Positions 11,246 through 26,047 of a stretch of 64,000 nt of DNA are shown piece by piece (within the stretch, counting starts at the first letter, position 1; every line of letters starts with the position of its first letter). Location: assembly GCF_031769215.1 (NCBI RefSeq), contig NW_026782736.1, positions 1 to 64,000 on the forward strand, read 5' to 3'. The notes under the pieces are model-generated. The model saw only the letters and a list, made by a program, of their open reading frames with translations. It was not told the origin of the DNA and made no database searches. This DNA is from Ylistrum balloti (taxonomy: Eukaryota). Both the position numbers and the translations under genes were made by a program.

Positions 11246-13148
11246 GATGTATATCTTACACCGTCCGAACGACACGTAAACAGTCCTTTTTAGGACTACC
11301 CACATGTCACGAAAATCATCCAATTACGCCTCGAAAAATACGCAAAAAGCACTAATCGTAACTTCTTATAATTGACCAACGAACAAACCAACAACACCCT
11401 TCCCCACCCCCACCCTCCAAATACACCCACCTACCCGAAAGTAAAGGAAAATCCACCTTCCCACCCAACCCCACAGGACTACTTCACATCACACACTTTT
11501 TTGTTATAAACAATTGATACCTGCTACAACTTCTAAGTCGCCGCCCCGTCCCCCGTCTCCCACCCGACAAGTACACACTCACGCCCGGCCCCGCCCATTT
11601 ATGATTAGGTGAATGAATTTCAATAATATACACGTTAAACCAACAGTTAATACACCTATAAGCTGACACGGTATCGGTTTATTTCTTAATACTACGCATG
11701 TACAATCTGAATTCAAATACACAAATGTAGTGTACCGACTAACGCTAAAAATTGCCACTTTCAACCAACAATCATTTCATATATGAAATAATAGTAATGT
11801 TTATGTGGAAACTAGTGAAAACACTTCAAAATCATACTCTGAAATCGAGACAATTTCCGCTATACATTTTTTTTTCAAAATAGTTGAAACAGGTGGTATT
11901 ATTCCAATTTCCACATATTTCAGTTTACCCAGTTGCAGGAGTCGTTTTCACTGTCCGTGCACGTGGGTACGTTGTCGTGTATACCTGTGTACGTATGTGT
12001 ATAGTGCACGATCAAAGGTAAGTATCGTCGTCGTCTATACGATAGAGAATTATCCTGAATATAAAGTTGTTCTGACTCAAATTTCTAAAGTATAAATTTA
12101 ACCCAGAATGTATAAAATGGATGTGTGAGCCAAACACATTTATTGCGAAAGGCTGAGTCCGGGGGCTCCAACCACGGCAGTTTTATTTTTTAAAAATATG
12201 AAATCCGATTCTCCTATTTGTGTGGTTTTGTTTTGTTTTGTGTGTGAGTGTGTGCATGTGTTTTTTTTTTCCTTTTTTCCCCTCTCACCTGTGACTGTTA
12301 CTAGCGCGCGCACACCCACACCCACAAACACACCCCCATACATACACACCATTTCTTTATTTTCGAGTTCGATATCTAGACAACACAGAATTAATACATG
12401 TTTGCGTAGAGTCGAGTCAAGTACACATGTGTACACGTATATATATGATCACACATACAATACAGCACAACACACATGTGGATACGATGACGTATGAATT
12501 GGGAGGGAAAAAAACCCCCAAAAAACATATTCCATACTTAGAATGTGATATTTGTTAGCAATTAAATGCGATAATCGAATCGAAAATGGTGGAGACTATG
12601 GATTGAGATTAAGTATAGCAGGAATTCGATAAATGTGCTTCCATGTCTATGATATTTACCCATTCTAAATCTAAATTATTCACAAATACCATTTATTACC
12701 ATATATACAATGAACATGTATATATTAAGAAACTAAGTAAATAGTGTGTTTATGAAAATAACGCATATATTACGAATTTAGAACAATTCTATTCAACTAA
12801 TAGTGAAACCGCACTGACAAAATTATAGGAAAATGTCATGTAGCTCACTCATTACGAAACCGATTTAAATTTTGAAAACACCATTCGTTTGCCTATCTAT
12901 CCGTTAGCAAATAGGTGTATATATCACTAATTTTCTCCAATAATTTAGAGCTATAAACAACGTTTATTCACACCAAGGAAACACAAATTACTTGTTTTCC
13001 ACACAGACAGGCTAACGCGCCGTTAGGTGTCCTCGGCGAGGTGCAGCAAAAAGCGCTTAAACGGCTGAGCGAGGACGGGCGGGGCATACAGCTTACCTAG
13101 CACTGACTAGCGCAGTTCTCGAACAATCACATCCAGACGAATCCGAAG

Positions 13149-13706
13149 ATGGCAGAGAAGACTCCAGTGAAGAAAGCAGTGAAGAAGCCAAAGACCCCGG
13201 CAGCTCATCCAAAGTACAGCGACATGGTGGCCACTGCAGTGGGAAGTCTGAAGGAACGTGGAGGCTCGTCCCGTCAGGCAATACTGAAATACATCATGGC
13301 TAACTTCAAAGTGGGATCCGACGCTAAGGCTATCAACGCACACCTGAAGATCGCCCTCCGGAACGGCGTGAAGAAAGGAGCCCTGAAACAGTCGAAAGGA
13401 ACCGGAGCTGCTGGATCATTCAAGCTCGGAGAGAAACCTAAACCCGCCAAAAAACCAGCCGCTAAGAAAGTGGTTAAGCCGAAAGCAGCAAAACCTAAGA
13501 AACCGGCGGCGAAGAAAGCGACTACGTCGGCGACGGCTAAGAAACCAAAGGCAAAGACACCCAAGAAAGCAGCTACCAAGAAAACCACGGAGAAGAAACC
13601 ATCCAAGAAAACTACCAAGCCCAAGACCCCTAAGAAAAAGGCTATCAAGTCTCCGAAGAAAGCTAAGACAGACAAGCCTAAGAAAGCCAAGGCTGCAAAA
13701 AAATAA
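13149..13706 (+). CDS. H1: Histone H1 (185 aa)
   Basis: Same protein as 8227-8784. Confidence 0.98.
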   Translation: MAEKTPVKKAVKKPKTPAAHPKYSDMVATAVGSLKERGGSSRQAILKYIMANFKVGSDAKAINAHLKIALRNGVKKGALKQSKGTGAAGSFKLGEKPKPAKKPAAKKVVKPKAAKPKKPAAKKATTSATAKKPKAKTPKKAATKKTTEKKPSKKTTKPKTPKKKAIKSPKKAKTDKPKKAKAAKK

Positions 13707-15609
13707 GATGTATATCTTACACCGTCCGAACGACACGTAAACAGTCCTTTTTAGGACTACCCACATGTCACGAAAATCATCCAATTACGCCTCGAAAAAT
13801 ACGCAAAAAGCACTAATCGTAACTTCTTATAATTGACCAACGAACAAACCAACAACACCCTTCCCCACCCCCACCCTCCAAATACACCCACCTACCCGAA
13901 AGTAAAGGAAAATCCACCTTCCCACCCAACCCCACAGGACTACTTCACATCACACACTTTTTTGTTATAAACAATTGATACCTGCTACAACTTCTAAGTC
14001 GCCGCCCCGTCCCCCGTCTCCCACCCGACAAGTACACACTCACGCCCGGCCCCGCCCATTTATGATTAGGTGAATGAATTTCAATAATATACACGTTAAA
14101 CCAACAGTTAATACACCTATAAGCTGACACGGTATCGGTTTATTTCTTAATACTACGCATGTACAATCTGAATTCAAATACACAAATGTAGTGTACCGAC
14201 TAACGCTAAAAATTGCCACTTTCAACCAACAATCATTTCATATATGAAATAATAGTAATGTTTATGTGGAAACTAGTGAAAACACTTCAAAATCATACTC
14301 TGAAATCGAGACAATTTCCGCTATACATTTTTTTTTCAAAATAGTTGAAACAGGTGGTATTATTCCAATTTCCACATATTTCAGTTTACCCAGTTGCAGG
14401 AGTCGTTTTCACTGTCCGTGCACGTGGGTACGTTGTCGTGTATACCTGTGTACGTATGTGTATAGTGCACGATCAAAGGTAAGTATCGTCGTCGTCTATA
14501 CGATAGAGAATTATCCTGAATATAAAGTTGTTCTGACTCAAATTTCTAAAGTATAAATTTAACCCAGAATGTATAAAATGGATGTGTGAGCCAAACACAT
14601 TTATTGCGAAAGGCTGAGTCCGGGGGCTCCAACCACGGCAGTTTTATTTTTTAAAAATATGAAATCCGATTCTCCTATTTGTGTGGTTTTGTTTTGTTTT
14701 GTGTGTGAGTGTGTGCATGTGTTTTTTTTTTCCTTTTTTCCCCTCTCACCTGTGACTGTTACTAGCGCGCGCACACCCACACCCACAAACACACCCCCAT
14801 ACATACACACCATTTCTTTATTTTCGAGTTCGATATCTAGACAACACAGAATTAATACATGTTTGCGTAGAGTCGAGTCAAGTACACATGTGTACACGTA
14901 TATATATGATCACACATACAATACAGCACAACACACATGTGGATACGATGACGTATGAATTGGGAGGGAAAAAAACCCCCAAAAAACATATTCCATACTT
15001 AGAATGTGATATTTGTTAGCAATTAAATGCGATAATCGAATCGAAAATGGTGGAGACTATGGATTGAGATTAAGTATAGCAGGAATTCGATAAATGTGCT
15101 TCCATGTCTATGATATTTACCCATTCTAAATCTAAATTATTCACAAATACCATTTATTACCATATATACAATGAACATGTATATATTAAGAAACTAAGTA
15201 AATAGTGTGTTTATGAAAATAACGCATATATTACGAATTTAGAACAATTCTATTCAACTAATAGTGAAACCGCACTGACAAAATTATAGGAAAATGTCAT
15301 GTAGCTCACTCATTACGAAACCGATTTAAATTTTGAAAACACCATTCGTTTGCCTATCTATCCGTTAGCAAATAGGTGTATATATCACTAATTTTCTCCA
15401 ATAATTTAGAGCTATAAACAACGTTTATTCACACCAAGGAAACACAAATTACTTGTTTTCCACACAGACAGGCTAACGCGCCGTTAGGTGTCCTCGGCGA
15501 GGTGCAGCAAAAAGCGCTTAAACGGCTGAGCGAGGACGGGCGGGGCATACAGCTTACCTAGCACTGACTAGCGCAGTTCTCGAACAATCACATCCAGACG
15601 AATCCGAAG

Positions 15610-16167
15610 ATGGCAGAGAAGACTCCAGTGAAGAAAGCAGTGAAGAAGCCAAAGACCCCGGCAGCTCATCCAAAGTACAGCGACATGGTGGCCACTGCAG
15701 TGGGAAGTCTGAAGGAACGTGGAGGCTCGTCCCGTCAGGCAATACTGAAATACATCATGGCTAACTTCAAAGTGGGATCCGACGCTAAGGCTATCAACGC
15801 ACACCTGAAGATCGCCCTCCGGAACGGCGTGAAGAAAGGAGCCCTGAAACAGTCGAAAGGAACCGGAGCTGCTGGATCATTCAAGCTCGGAGAGAAACCT
15901 AAACCCGCCAAAAAACCAGCCGCTAAGAAAGTGGTTAAGCCGAAAGCAGCAAAACCTAAGAAACCGGCGGCGAAGAAAGCGACTACGTCGGCGACGGCTA
16001 AGAAACCAAAGGCAAAGACACCCAAGAAAGCAGCTACCAAGAAAACCACGGAGAAGAAACCATCCAAGAAAACTACCAAGCCCAAGACCCCTAAGAAAAA
16101 GGCTATCAAGTCTCCGAAGAAAGCTAAGACAGACAAGCCTAAGAAAGCCAAGGCTGCAAAAAAATAA
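15610..16167 (+). CDS. H1: Histone H1 (185 aa)
   Basis: Same protein as 8227-8784. Confidence 0.98.
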   Translation: MAEKTPVKKAVKKPKTPAAHPKYSDMVATAVGSLKERGGSSRQAILKYIMANFKVGSDAKAINAHLKIALRNGVKKGALKQSKGTGAAGSFKLGEKPKPAKKPAAKKVVKPKAAKPKKPAAKKATTSATAKKPKAKTPKKAATKKTTEKKPSKKTTKPKTPKKKAIKSPKKAKTDKPKKAKAAKK

Positions 16168-18070
16168 GATGTATATCTTACACCGTCCGAACGACACGTA
16201 AACAGTCCTTTTTAGGACTACCCACATGTCACGAAAATCATCCAATTACGCCTCGAAAAATACGCAAAAAGCACTAATCGTAACTTCTTATAATTGACCA
16301 ACGAACAAACCAACAACACCCTTCCCCACCCCCACCCTCCAAATACACCCACCTACCCGAAAGTAAAGGAAAATCCACCTTCCCACCCAACCCCACAGGA
16401 CTACTTCACATCACACACTTTTTTGTTATAAACAATTGATACCTGCTACAACTTCTAAGTCGCCGCCCCGTCCCCCGTCTCCCACCCGACAAGTACACAC
16501 TCACGCCCGGCCCCGCCCATTTATGATTAGGTGAATGAATTTCAATAATATACACGTTAAACCAACAGTTAATACACCTATAAGCTGACACGGTATCGGT
16601 TTATTTCTTAATACTACGCATGTACAATCTGAATTCAAATACACAAATGTAGTGTACCGACTAACGCTAAAAATTGCCACTTTCAACCAACAATCATTTC
16701 ATATATGAAATAATAGTAATGTTTATGTGGAAACTAGTGAAAACACTTCAAAATCATACTCTGAAATCGAGACAATTTCCGCTATACATTTTTTTTTCAA
16801 AATAGTTGAAACAGGTGGTATTATTCCAATTTCCACATATTTCAGTTTACCCAGTTGCAGGAGTCGTTTTCACTGTCCGTGCACGTGGGTACGTTGTCGT
16901 GTATACCTGTGTACGTATGTGTATAGTGCACGATCAAAGGTAAGTATCGTCGTCGTCTATACGATAGAGAATTATCCTGAATATAAAGTTGTTCTGACTC
17001 AAATTTCTAAAGTATAAATTTAACCCAGAATGTATAAAATGGATGTGTGAGCCAAACACATTTATTGCGAAAGGCTGAGTCCGGGGGCTCCAACCACGGC
17101 AGTTTTATTTTTTAAAAATATGAAATCCGATTCTCCTATTTGTGTGGTTTTGTTTTGTTTTGTGTGTGAGTGTGTGCATGTGTTTTTTTTTTCCTTTTTT
17201 CCCCTCTCACCTGTGACTGTTACTAGCGCGCGCACACCCACACCCACAAACACACCCCCATACATACACACCATTTCTTTATTTTCGAGTTCGATATCTA
17301 GACAACACAGAATTAATACATGTTTGCGTAGAGTCGAGTCAAGTACACATGTGTACACGTATATATATGATCACACATACAATACAGCACAACACACATG
17401 TGGATACGATGACGTATGAATTGGGAGGGAAAAAAACCCCCAAAAAACATATTCCATACTTAGAATGTGATATTTGTTAGCAATTAAATGCGATAATCGA
17501 ATCGAAAATGGTGGAGACTATGGATTGAGATTAAGTATAGCAGGAATTCGATAAATGTGCTTCCATGTCTATGATATTTACCCATTCTAAATCTAAATTA
17601 TTCACAAATACCATTTATTACCATATATACAATGAACATGTATATATTAAGAAACTAAGTAAATAGTGTGTTTATGAAAATAACGCATATATTACGAATT
17701 TAGAACAATTCTATTCAACTAATAGTGAAACCGCACTGACAAAATTATAGGAAAATGTCATGTAGCTCACTCATTACGAAACCGATTTAAATTTTGAAAA
17801 CACCATTCGTTTGCCTATCTATCCGTTAGCAAATAGGTGTATATATCACTAATTTTCTCCAATAATTTAGAGCTATAAACAACGTTTATTCACACCAAGG
17901 AAACACAAATTACTTGTTTTCCACACAGACAGGCTAACGCGCCGTTAGGTGTCCTCGGCGAGGTGCAGCAAAAAGCGCTTAAACGGCTGAGCGAGGACGG
18001 GCGGGGCATACAGCTTACCTAGCACTGACTAGCGCAGTTCTCGAACAATCACATCCAGACGAATCCGAAG

Positions 18071-18628
18071 ATGGCAGAGAAGACTCCAGTGAAGAAAGCA
18101 GTGAAGAAGCCAAAGACCCCGGCAGCTCATCCAAAGTACAGCGACATGGTGGCCACTGCAGTGGGAAGTCTGAAGGAACGTGGAGGCTCGTCCCGTCAGG
18201 CAATACTGAAATACATCATGGCTAACTTCAAAGTGGGATCCGACGCTAAGGCTATCAACGCACACCTGAAGATCGCCCTCCGGAACGGCGTGAAGAAAGG
18301 AGCCCTGAAACAGTCGAAAGGAACCGGAGCTGCTGGATCATTCAAGCTCGGAGAGAAACCTAAACCCGCCAAAAAACCAGCCGCTAAGAAAGTGGTTAAG
18401 CCGAAAGCAGCAAAACCTAAGAAACCGGCGGCGAAGAAAGCGACTACGTCGGCGACGGCTAAGAAACCAAAGGCAAAGACACCCAAGAAAGCAGCTACCA
18501 AGAAAACCACGGAGAAGAAACCATCCAAGAAAACTACCAAGCCCAAGACCCCTAAGAAAAAGGCTATCAAGTCTCCGAAGAAAGCTAAGACAGACAAGCC
18601 TAAGAAAGCCAAGGCTGCAAAAAAATAA
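18071..18628 (+). CDS. H1: Histone H1 (185 aa)
   Basis: Same protein as 8227-8784. Confidence 0.98.
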   Translation: MAEKTPVKKAVKKPKTPAAHPKYSDMVATAVGSLKERGGSSRQAILKYIMANFKVGSDAKAINAHLKIALRNGVKKGALKQSKGTGAAGSFKLGEKPKPAKKPAAKKVVKPKAAKPKKPAAKKATTSATAKKPKAKTPKKAATKKTTEKKPSKKTTKPKTPKKKAIKSPKKAKTDKPKKAKAAKK

Positions 18629-20531
18629 GATGTATATCTTACACCGTCCGAACGACACGTAAACAGTCCTTTTTAGGACTACCCACATGTCACGAAAATC
18701 ATCCAATTACGCCTCGAAAAATACGCAAAAAGCACTAATCGTAACTTCTTATAATTGACCAACGAACAAACCAACAACACCCTTCCCCACCCCCACCCTC
18801 CAAATACACCCACCTACCCGAAAGTAAAGGAAAATCCACCTTCCCACCCAACCCCACAGGACTACTTCACATCACACACTTTTTTGTTATAAACAATTGA
18901 TACCTGCTACAACTTCTAAGTCGCCGCCCCGTCCCCCGTCTCCCACCCGACAAGTACACACTCACGCCCGGCCCCGCCCATTTATGATTAGGTGAATGAA
19001 TTTCAATAATATACACGTTAAACCAACAGTTAATACACCTATAAGCTGACACGGTATCGGTTTATTTCTTAATACTACGCATGTACAATCTGAATTCAAA
19101 TACACAAATGTAGTGTACCGACTAACGCTAAAAATTGCCACTTTCAACCAACAATCATTTCATATATGAAATAATAGTAATGTTTATGTGGAAACTAGTG
19201 AAAACACTTCAAAATCATACTCTGAAATCGAGACAATTTCCGCTATACATTTTTTTTTCAAAATAGTTGAAACAGGTGGTATTATTCCAATTTCCACATA
19301 TTTCAGTTTACCCAGTTGCAGGAGTCGTTTTCACTGTCCGTGCACGTGGGTACGTTGTCGTGTATACCTGTGTACGTATGTGTATAGTGCACGATCAAAG
19401 GTAAGTATCGTCGTCGTCTATACGATAGAGAATTATCCTGAATATAAAGTTGTTCTGACTCAAATTTCTAAAGTATAAATTTAACCCAGAATGTATAAAA
19501 TGGATGTGTGAGCCAAACACATTTATTGCGAAAGGCTGAGTCCGGGGGCTCCAACCACGGCAGTTTTATTTTTTAAAAATATGAAATCCGATTCTCCTAT
19601 TTGTGTGGTTTTGTTTTGTTTTGTGTGTGAGTGTGTGCATGTGTTTTTTTTTTCCTTTTTTCCCCTCTCACCTGTGACTGTTACTAGCGCGCGCACACCC
19701 ACACCCACAAACACACCCCCATACATACACACCATTTCTTTATTTTCGAGTTCGATATCTAGACAACACAGAATTAATACATGTTTGCGTAGAGTCGAGT
19801 CAAGTACACATGTGTACACGTATATATATGATCACACATACAATACAGCACAACACACATGTGGATACGATGACGTATGAATTGGGAGGGAAAAAAACCC
19901 CCAAAAAACATATTCCATACTTAGAATGTGATATTTGTTAGCAATTAAATGCGATAATCGAATCGAAAATGGTGGAGACTATGGATTGAGATTAAGTATA
20001 GCAGGAATTCGATAAATGTGCTTCCATGTCTATGATATTTACCCATTCTAAATCTAAATTATTCACAAATACCATTTATTACCATATATACAATGAACAT
20101 GTATATATTAAGAAACTAAGTAAATAGTGTGTTTATGAAAATAACGCATATATTACGAATTTAGAACAATTCTATTCAACTAATAGTGAAACCGCACTGA
20201 CAAAATTATAGGAAAATGTCATGTAGCTCACTCATTACGAAACCGATTTAAATTTTGAAAACACCATTCGTTTGCCTATCTATCCGTTAGCAAATAGGTG
20301 TATATATCACTAATTTTCTCCAATAATTTAGAGCTATAAACAACGTTTATTCACACCAAGGAAACACAAATTACTTGTTTTCCACACAGACAGGCTAACG
20401 CGCCGTTAGGTGTCCTCGGCGAGGTGCAGCAAAAAGCGCTTAAACGGCTGAGCGAGGACGGGCGGGGCATACAGCTTACCTAGCACTGACTAGCGCAGTT
20501 CTCGAACAATCACATCCAGACGAATCCGAAG

Positions 20532-21089
20532 ATGGCAGAGAAGACTCCAGTGAAGAAAGCAGTGAAGAAGCCAAAGACCCCGGCAGCTCATCCAAAGTAC
20601 AGCGACATGGTGGCCACTGCAGTGGGAAGTCTGAAGGAACGTGGAGGCTCGTCCCGTCAGGCAATACTGAAATACATCATGGCTAACTTCAAAGTGGGAT
20701 CCGACGCTAAGGCTATCAACGCACACCTGAAGATCGCCCTCCGGAACGGCGTGAAGAAAGGAGCCCTGAAACAGTCGAAAGGAACCGGAGCTGCTGGATC
20801 ATTCAAGCTCGGAGAGAAACCTAAACCCGCCAAAAAACCAGCCGCTAAGAAAGTGGTTAAGCCGAAAGCAGCAAAACCTAAGAAACCGGCGGCGAAGAAA
20901 GCGACTACGTCGGCGACGGCTAAGAAACCAAAGGCAAAGACACCCAAGAAAGCAGCTACCAAGAAAACCACGGAGAAGAAACCATCCAAGAAAACTACCA
21001 AGCCCAAGACCCCTAAGAAAAAGGCTATCAAGTCTCCGAAGAAAGCTAAGACAGACAAGCCTAAGAAAGCCAAGGCTGCAAAAAAATAA
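20532..21089 (+). CDS. H1: Histone H1 (185 aa)
   Basis: Same protein as 8227-8784. Confidence 0.98.
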   Translation: MAEKTPVKKAVKKPKTPAAHPKYSDMVATAVGSLKERGGSSRQAILKYIMANFKVGSDAKAINAHLKIALRNGVKKGALKQSKGTGAAGSFKLGEKPKPAKKPAAKKVVKPKAAKPKKPAAKKATTSATAKKPKAKTPKKAATKKTTEKKPSKKTTKPKTPKKKAIKSPKKAKTDKPKKAKAAKK

Positions 21090-22992
21090 GATGTATATCT
21101 TACACCGTCCGAACGACACGTAAACAGTCCTTTTTAGGACTACCCACATGTCACGAAAATCATCCAATTACGCCTCGAAAAATACGCAAAAAGCACTAAT
21201 CGTAACTTCTTATAATTGACCAACGAACAAACCAACAACACCCTTCCCCACCCCCACCCTCCAAATACACCCACCTACCCGAAAGTAAAGGAAAATCCAC
21301 CTTCCCACCCAACCCCACAGGACTACTTCACATCACACACTTTTTTGTTATAAACAATTGATACCTGCTACAACTTCTAAGTCGCCGCCCCGTCCCCCGT
21401 CTCCCACCCGACAAGTACACACTCACGCCCGGCCCCGCCCATTTATGATTAGGTGAATGAATTTCAATAATATACACGTTAAACCAACAGTTAATACACC
21501 TATAAGCTGACACGGTATCGGTTTATTTCTTAATACTACGCATGTACAATCTGAATTCAAATACACAAATGTAGTGTACCGACTAACGCTAAAAATTGCC
21601 ACTTTCAACCAACAATCATTTCATATATGAAATAATAGTAATGTTTATGTGGAAACTAGTGAAAACACTTCAAAATCATACTCTGAAATCGAGACAATTT
21701 CCGCTATACATTTTTTTTTCAAAATAGTTGAAACAGGTGGTATTATTCCAATTTCCACATATTTCAGTTTACCCAGTTGCAGGAGTCGTTTTCACTGTCC
21801 GTGCACGTGGGTACGTTGTCGTGTATACCTGTGTACGTATGTGTATAGTGCACGATCAAAGGTAAGTATCGTCGTCGTCTATACGATAGAGAATTATCCT
21901 GAATATAAAGTTGTTCTGACTCAAATTTCTAAAGTATAAATTTAACCCAGAATGTATAAAATGGATGTGTGAGCCAAACACATTTATTGCGAAAGGCTGA
22001 GTCCGGGGGCTCCAACCACGGCAGTTTTATTTTTTAAAAATATGAAATCCGATTCTCCTATTTGTGTGGTTTTGTTTTGTTTTGTGTGTGAGTGTGTGCA
22101 TGTGTTTTTTTTTTCCTTTTTTCCCCTCTCACCTGTGACTGTTACTAGCGCGCGCACACCCACACCCACAAACACACCCCCATACATACACACCATTTCT
22201 TTATTTTCGAGTTCGATATCTAGACAACACAGAATTAATACATGTTTGCGTAGAGTCGAGTCAAGTACACATGTGTACACGTATATATATGATCACACAT
22301 ACAATACAGCACAACACACATGTGGATACGATGACGTATGAATTGGGAGGGAAAAAAACCCCCAAAAAACATATTCCATACTTAGAATGTGATATTTGTT
22401 AGCAATTAAATGCGATAATCGAATCGAAAATGGTGGAGACTATGGATTGAGATTAAGTATAGCAGGAATTCGATAAATGTGCTTCCATGTCTATGATATT
22501 TACCCATTCTAAATCTAAATTATTCACAAATACCATTTATTACCATATATACAATGAACATGTATATATTAAGAAACTAAGTAAATAGTGTGTTTATGAA
22601 AATAACGCATATATTACGAATTTAGAACAATTCTATTCAACTAATAGTGAAACCGCACTGACAAAATTATAGGAAAATGTCATGTAGCTCACTCATTACG
22701 AAACCGATTTAAATTTTGAAAACACCATTCGTTTGCCTATCTATCCGTTAGCAAATAGGTGTATATATCACTAATTTTCTCCAATAATTTAGAGCTATAA
22801 ACAACGTTTATTCACACCAAGGAAACACAAATTACTTGTTTTCCACACAGACAGGCTAACGCGCCGTTAGGTGTCCTCGGCGAGGTGCAGCAAAAAGCGC
22901 TTAAACGGCTGAGCGAGGACGGGCGGGGCATACAGCTTACCTAGCACTGACTAGCGCAGTTCTCGAACAATCACATCCAGACGAATCCGAAG

Positions 22993-23550
22993 ATGGCAGA
23001 GAAGACTCCAGTGAAGAAAGCAGTGAAGAAGCCAAAGACCCCGGCAGCTCATCCAAAGTACAGCGACATGGTGGCCACTGCAGTGGGAAGTCTGAAGGAA
23101 CGTGGAGGCTCGTCCCGTCAGGCAATACTGAAATACATCATGGCTAACTTCAAAGTGGGATCCGACGCTAAGGCTATCAACGCACACCTGAAGATCGCCC
23201 TCCGGAACGGCGTGAAGAAAGGAGCCCTGAAACAGTCGAAAGGAACCGGAGCTGCTGGATCATTCAAGCTCGGAGAGAAACCTAAACCCGCCAAAAAACC
23301 AGCCGCTAAGAAAGTGGTTAAGCCGAAAGCAGCAAAACCTAAGAAACCGGCGGCGAAGAAAGCGACTACGTCGGCGACGGCTAAGAAACCAAAGGCAAAG
23401 ACACCCAAGAAAGCAGCTACCAAGAAAACCACGGAGAAGAAACCATCCAAGAAAACTACCAAGCCCAAGACCCCTAAGAAAAAGGCTATCAAGTCTCCGA
23501 AGAAAGCTAAGACAGACAAGCCTAAGAAAGCCAAGGCTGCAAAAAAATAA
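22993..23550 (+). CDS. H1: Histone H1 (185 aa)
   Basis: Same protein as 8227-8784. Confidence 0.98.
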   Translation: MAEKTPVKKAVKKPKTPAAHPKYSDMVATAVGSLKERGGSSRQAILKYIMANFKVGSDAKAINAHLKIALRNGVKKGALKQSKGTGAAGSFKLGEKPKPAKKPAAKKVVKPKAAKPKKPAAKKATTSATAKKPKAKTPKKAATKKTTEKKPSKKTTKPKTPKKKAIKSPKKAKTDKPKKAKAAKK

Positions 23551-25453
23551 GATGTATATCTTACACCGTCCGAACGACACGTAAACAGTCCTTTTTAGGA
23601 CTACCCACATGTCACGAAAATCATCCAATTACGCCTCGAAAAATACGCAAAAAGCACTAATCGTAACTTCTTATAATTGACCAACGAACAAACCAACAAC
23701 ACCCTTCCCCACCCCCACCCTCCAAATACACCCACCTACCCGAAAGTAAAGGAAAATCCACCTTCCCACCCAACCCCACAGGACTACTTCACATCACACA
23801 CTTTTTTGTTATAAACAATTGATACCTGCTACAACTTCTAAGTCGCCGCCCCGTCCCCCGTCTCCCACCCGACAAGTACACACTCACGCCCGGCCCCGCC
23901 CATTTATGATTAGGTGAATGAATTTCAATAATATACACGTTAAACCAACAGTTAATACACCTATAAGCTGACACGGTATCGGTTTATTTCTTAATACTAC
24001 GCATGTACAATCTGAATTCAAATACACAAATGTAGTGTACCGACTAACGCTAAAAATTGCCACTTTCAACCAACAATCATTTCATATATGAAATAATAGT
24101 AATGTTTATGTGGAAACTAGTGAAAACACTTCAAAATCATACTCTGAAATCGAGACAATTTCCGCTATACATTTTTTTTTCAAAATAGTTGAAACAGGTG
24201 GTATTATTCCAATTTCCACATATTTCAGTTTACCCAGTTGCAGGAGTCGTTTTCACTGTCCGTGCACGTGGGTACGTTGTCGTGTATACCTGTGTACGTA
24301 TGTGTATAGTGCACGATCAAAGGTAAGTATCGTCGTCGTCTATACGATAGAGAATTATCCTGAATATAAAGTTGTTCTGACTCAAATTTCTAAAGTATAA
24401 ATTTAACCCAGAATGTATAAAATGGATGTGTGAGCCAAACACATTTATTGCGAAAGGCTGAGTCCGGGGGCTCCAACCACGGCAGTTTTATTTTTTAAAA
24501 ATATGAAATCCGATTCTCCTATTTGTGTGGTTTTGTTTTGTTTTGTGTGTGAGTGTGTGCATGTGTTTTTTTTTTCCTTTTTTCCCCTCTCACCTGTGAC
24601 TGTTACTAGCGCGCGCACACCCACACCCACAAACACACCCCCATACATACACACCATTTCTTTATTTTCGAGTTCGATATCTAGACAACACAGAATTAAT
24701 ACATGTTTGCGTAGAGTCGAGTCAAGTACACATGTGTACACGTATATATATGATCACACATACAATACAGCACAACACACATGTGGATACGATGACGTAT
24801 GAATTGGGAGGGAAAAAAACCCCCAAAAAACATATTCCATACTTAGAATGTGATATTTGTTAGCAATTAAATGCGATAATCGAATCGAAAATGGTGGAGA
24901 CTATGGATTGAGATTAAGTATAGCAGGAATTCGATAAATGTGCTTCCATGTCTATGATATTTACCCATTCTAAATCTAAATTATTCACAAATACCATTTA
25001 TTACCATATATACAATGAACATGTATATATTAAGAAACTAAGTAAATAGTGTGTTTATGAAAATAACGCATATATTACGAATTTAGAACAATTCTATTCA
25101 ACTAATAGTGAAACCGCACTGACAAAATTATAGGAAAATGTCATGTAGCTCACTCATTACGAAACCGATTTAAATTTTGAAAACACCATTCGTTTGCCTA
25201 TCTATCCGTTAGCAAATAGGTGTATATATCACTAATTTTCTCCAATAATTTAGAGCTATAAACAACGTTTATTCACACCAAGGAAACACAAATTACTTGT
25301 TTTCCACACAGACAGGCTAACGCGCCGTTAGGTGTCCTCGGCGAGGTGCAGCAAAAAGCGCTTAAACGGCTGAGCGAGGACGGGCGGGGCATACAGCTTA
25401 CCTAGCACTGACTAGCGCAGTTCTCGAACAATCACATCCAGACGAATCCGAAG

Positions 25454-26047
25454 ATGGCAGAGAAGACTCCAGTGAAGAAAGCAGTGAAGAAGCCAAAGAC
25501 CCCGGCAGCTCATCCAAAGTACAGCGACATGGTGGCCACTGCAGTGGGAAGTCTGAAGGAACGTGGAGGCTCGTCCCGTCAGGCAATACTGAAATACATC
25601 ATGGCTAACTTCAAAGTGGGATCCGACGCTAAGGCTATCAACGCACACCTGAAGATCGCCCTCCGGAACGGCGTGAAGAAAGGAGCCCTGAAACAGTCGA
25701 AAGGAACCGGAGCTGCTGGATCATTCAAGCTCGGAGAGAAACCTAAACCCGCCAAAAAACCAGCCGCTAAGAAAGTGGTTAAGCCGAAAGCAGCAAAACC
25801 TAAGAAACCGGCGGCGAAGAAAGCGACTACGTCGGCGACGGCTAAGAAACCAAAGGCAAAGACACCCAAGAAAGCAGCTACCAAGAAAACCACGGAGAAG
25901 AAACCATCCAAGAAAACTACCAAGCCCAAGACCCCTAAGAAAAAGGCTATCAAGTCTCCGAAGAAAGCTAAGACAGACAAGCCTAAGAAAGCCAAGGCTG
26001 CAAAAAAAAATAAGATGTATATCTTACACCGTCCGAACGACACGTAA
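25454..26047 (+). CDS. H1: Histone H1 variant copy with a +2 A frameshift at the stop (197 aa, extension [12 protein letters not shown])
   Basis: A9 instead of A7 before TAA; otherwise the same protein. Confidence 0.85.
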   Translation: MAEKTPVKKAVKKPKTPAAHPKYSDMVATAVGSLKERGGSSRQAILKYIMANFKVGSDAKAINAHLKIALRNGVKKGALKQSKGTGAAGSFKLGEKPKPAKKPAAKKVVKPKAAKPKKPAAKKATTSATAKKPKAKTPKKAATKKTTEKKPSKKTTKPKTPKKKAIKSPKKAKTDKPKKAKAAKKNKMYILHRPNDT

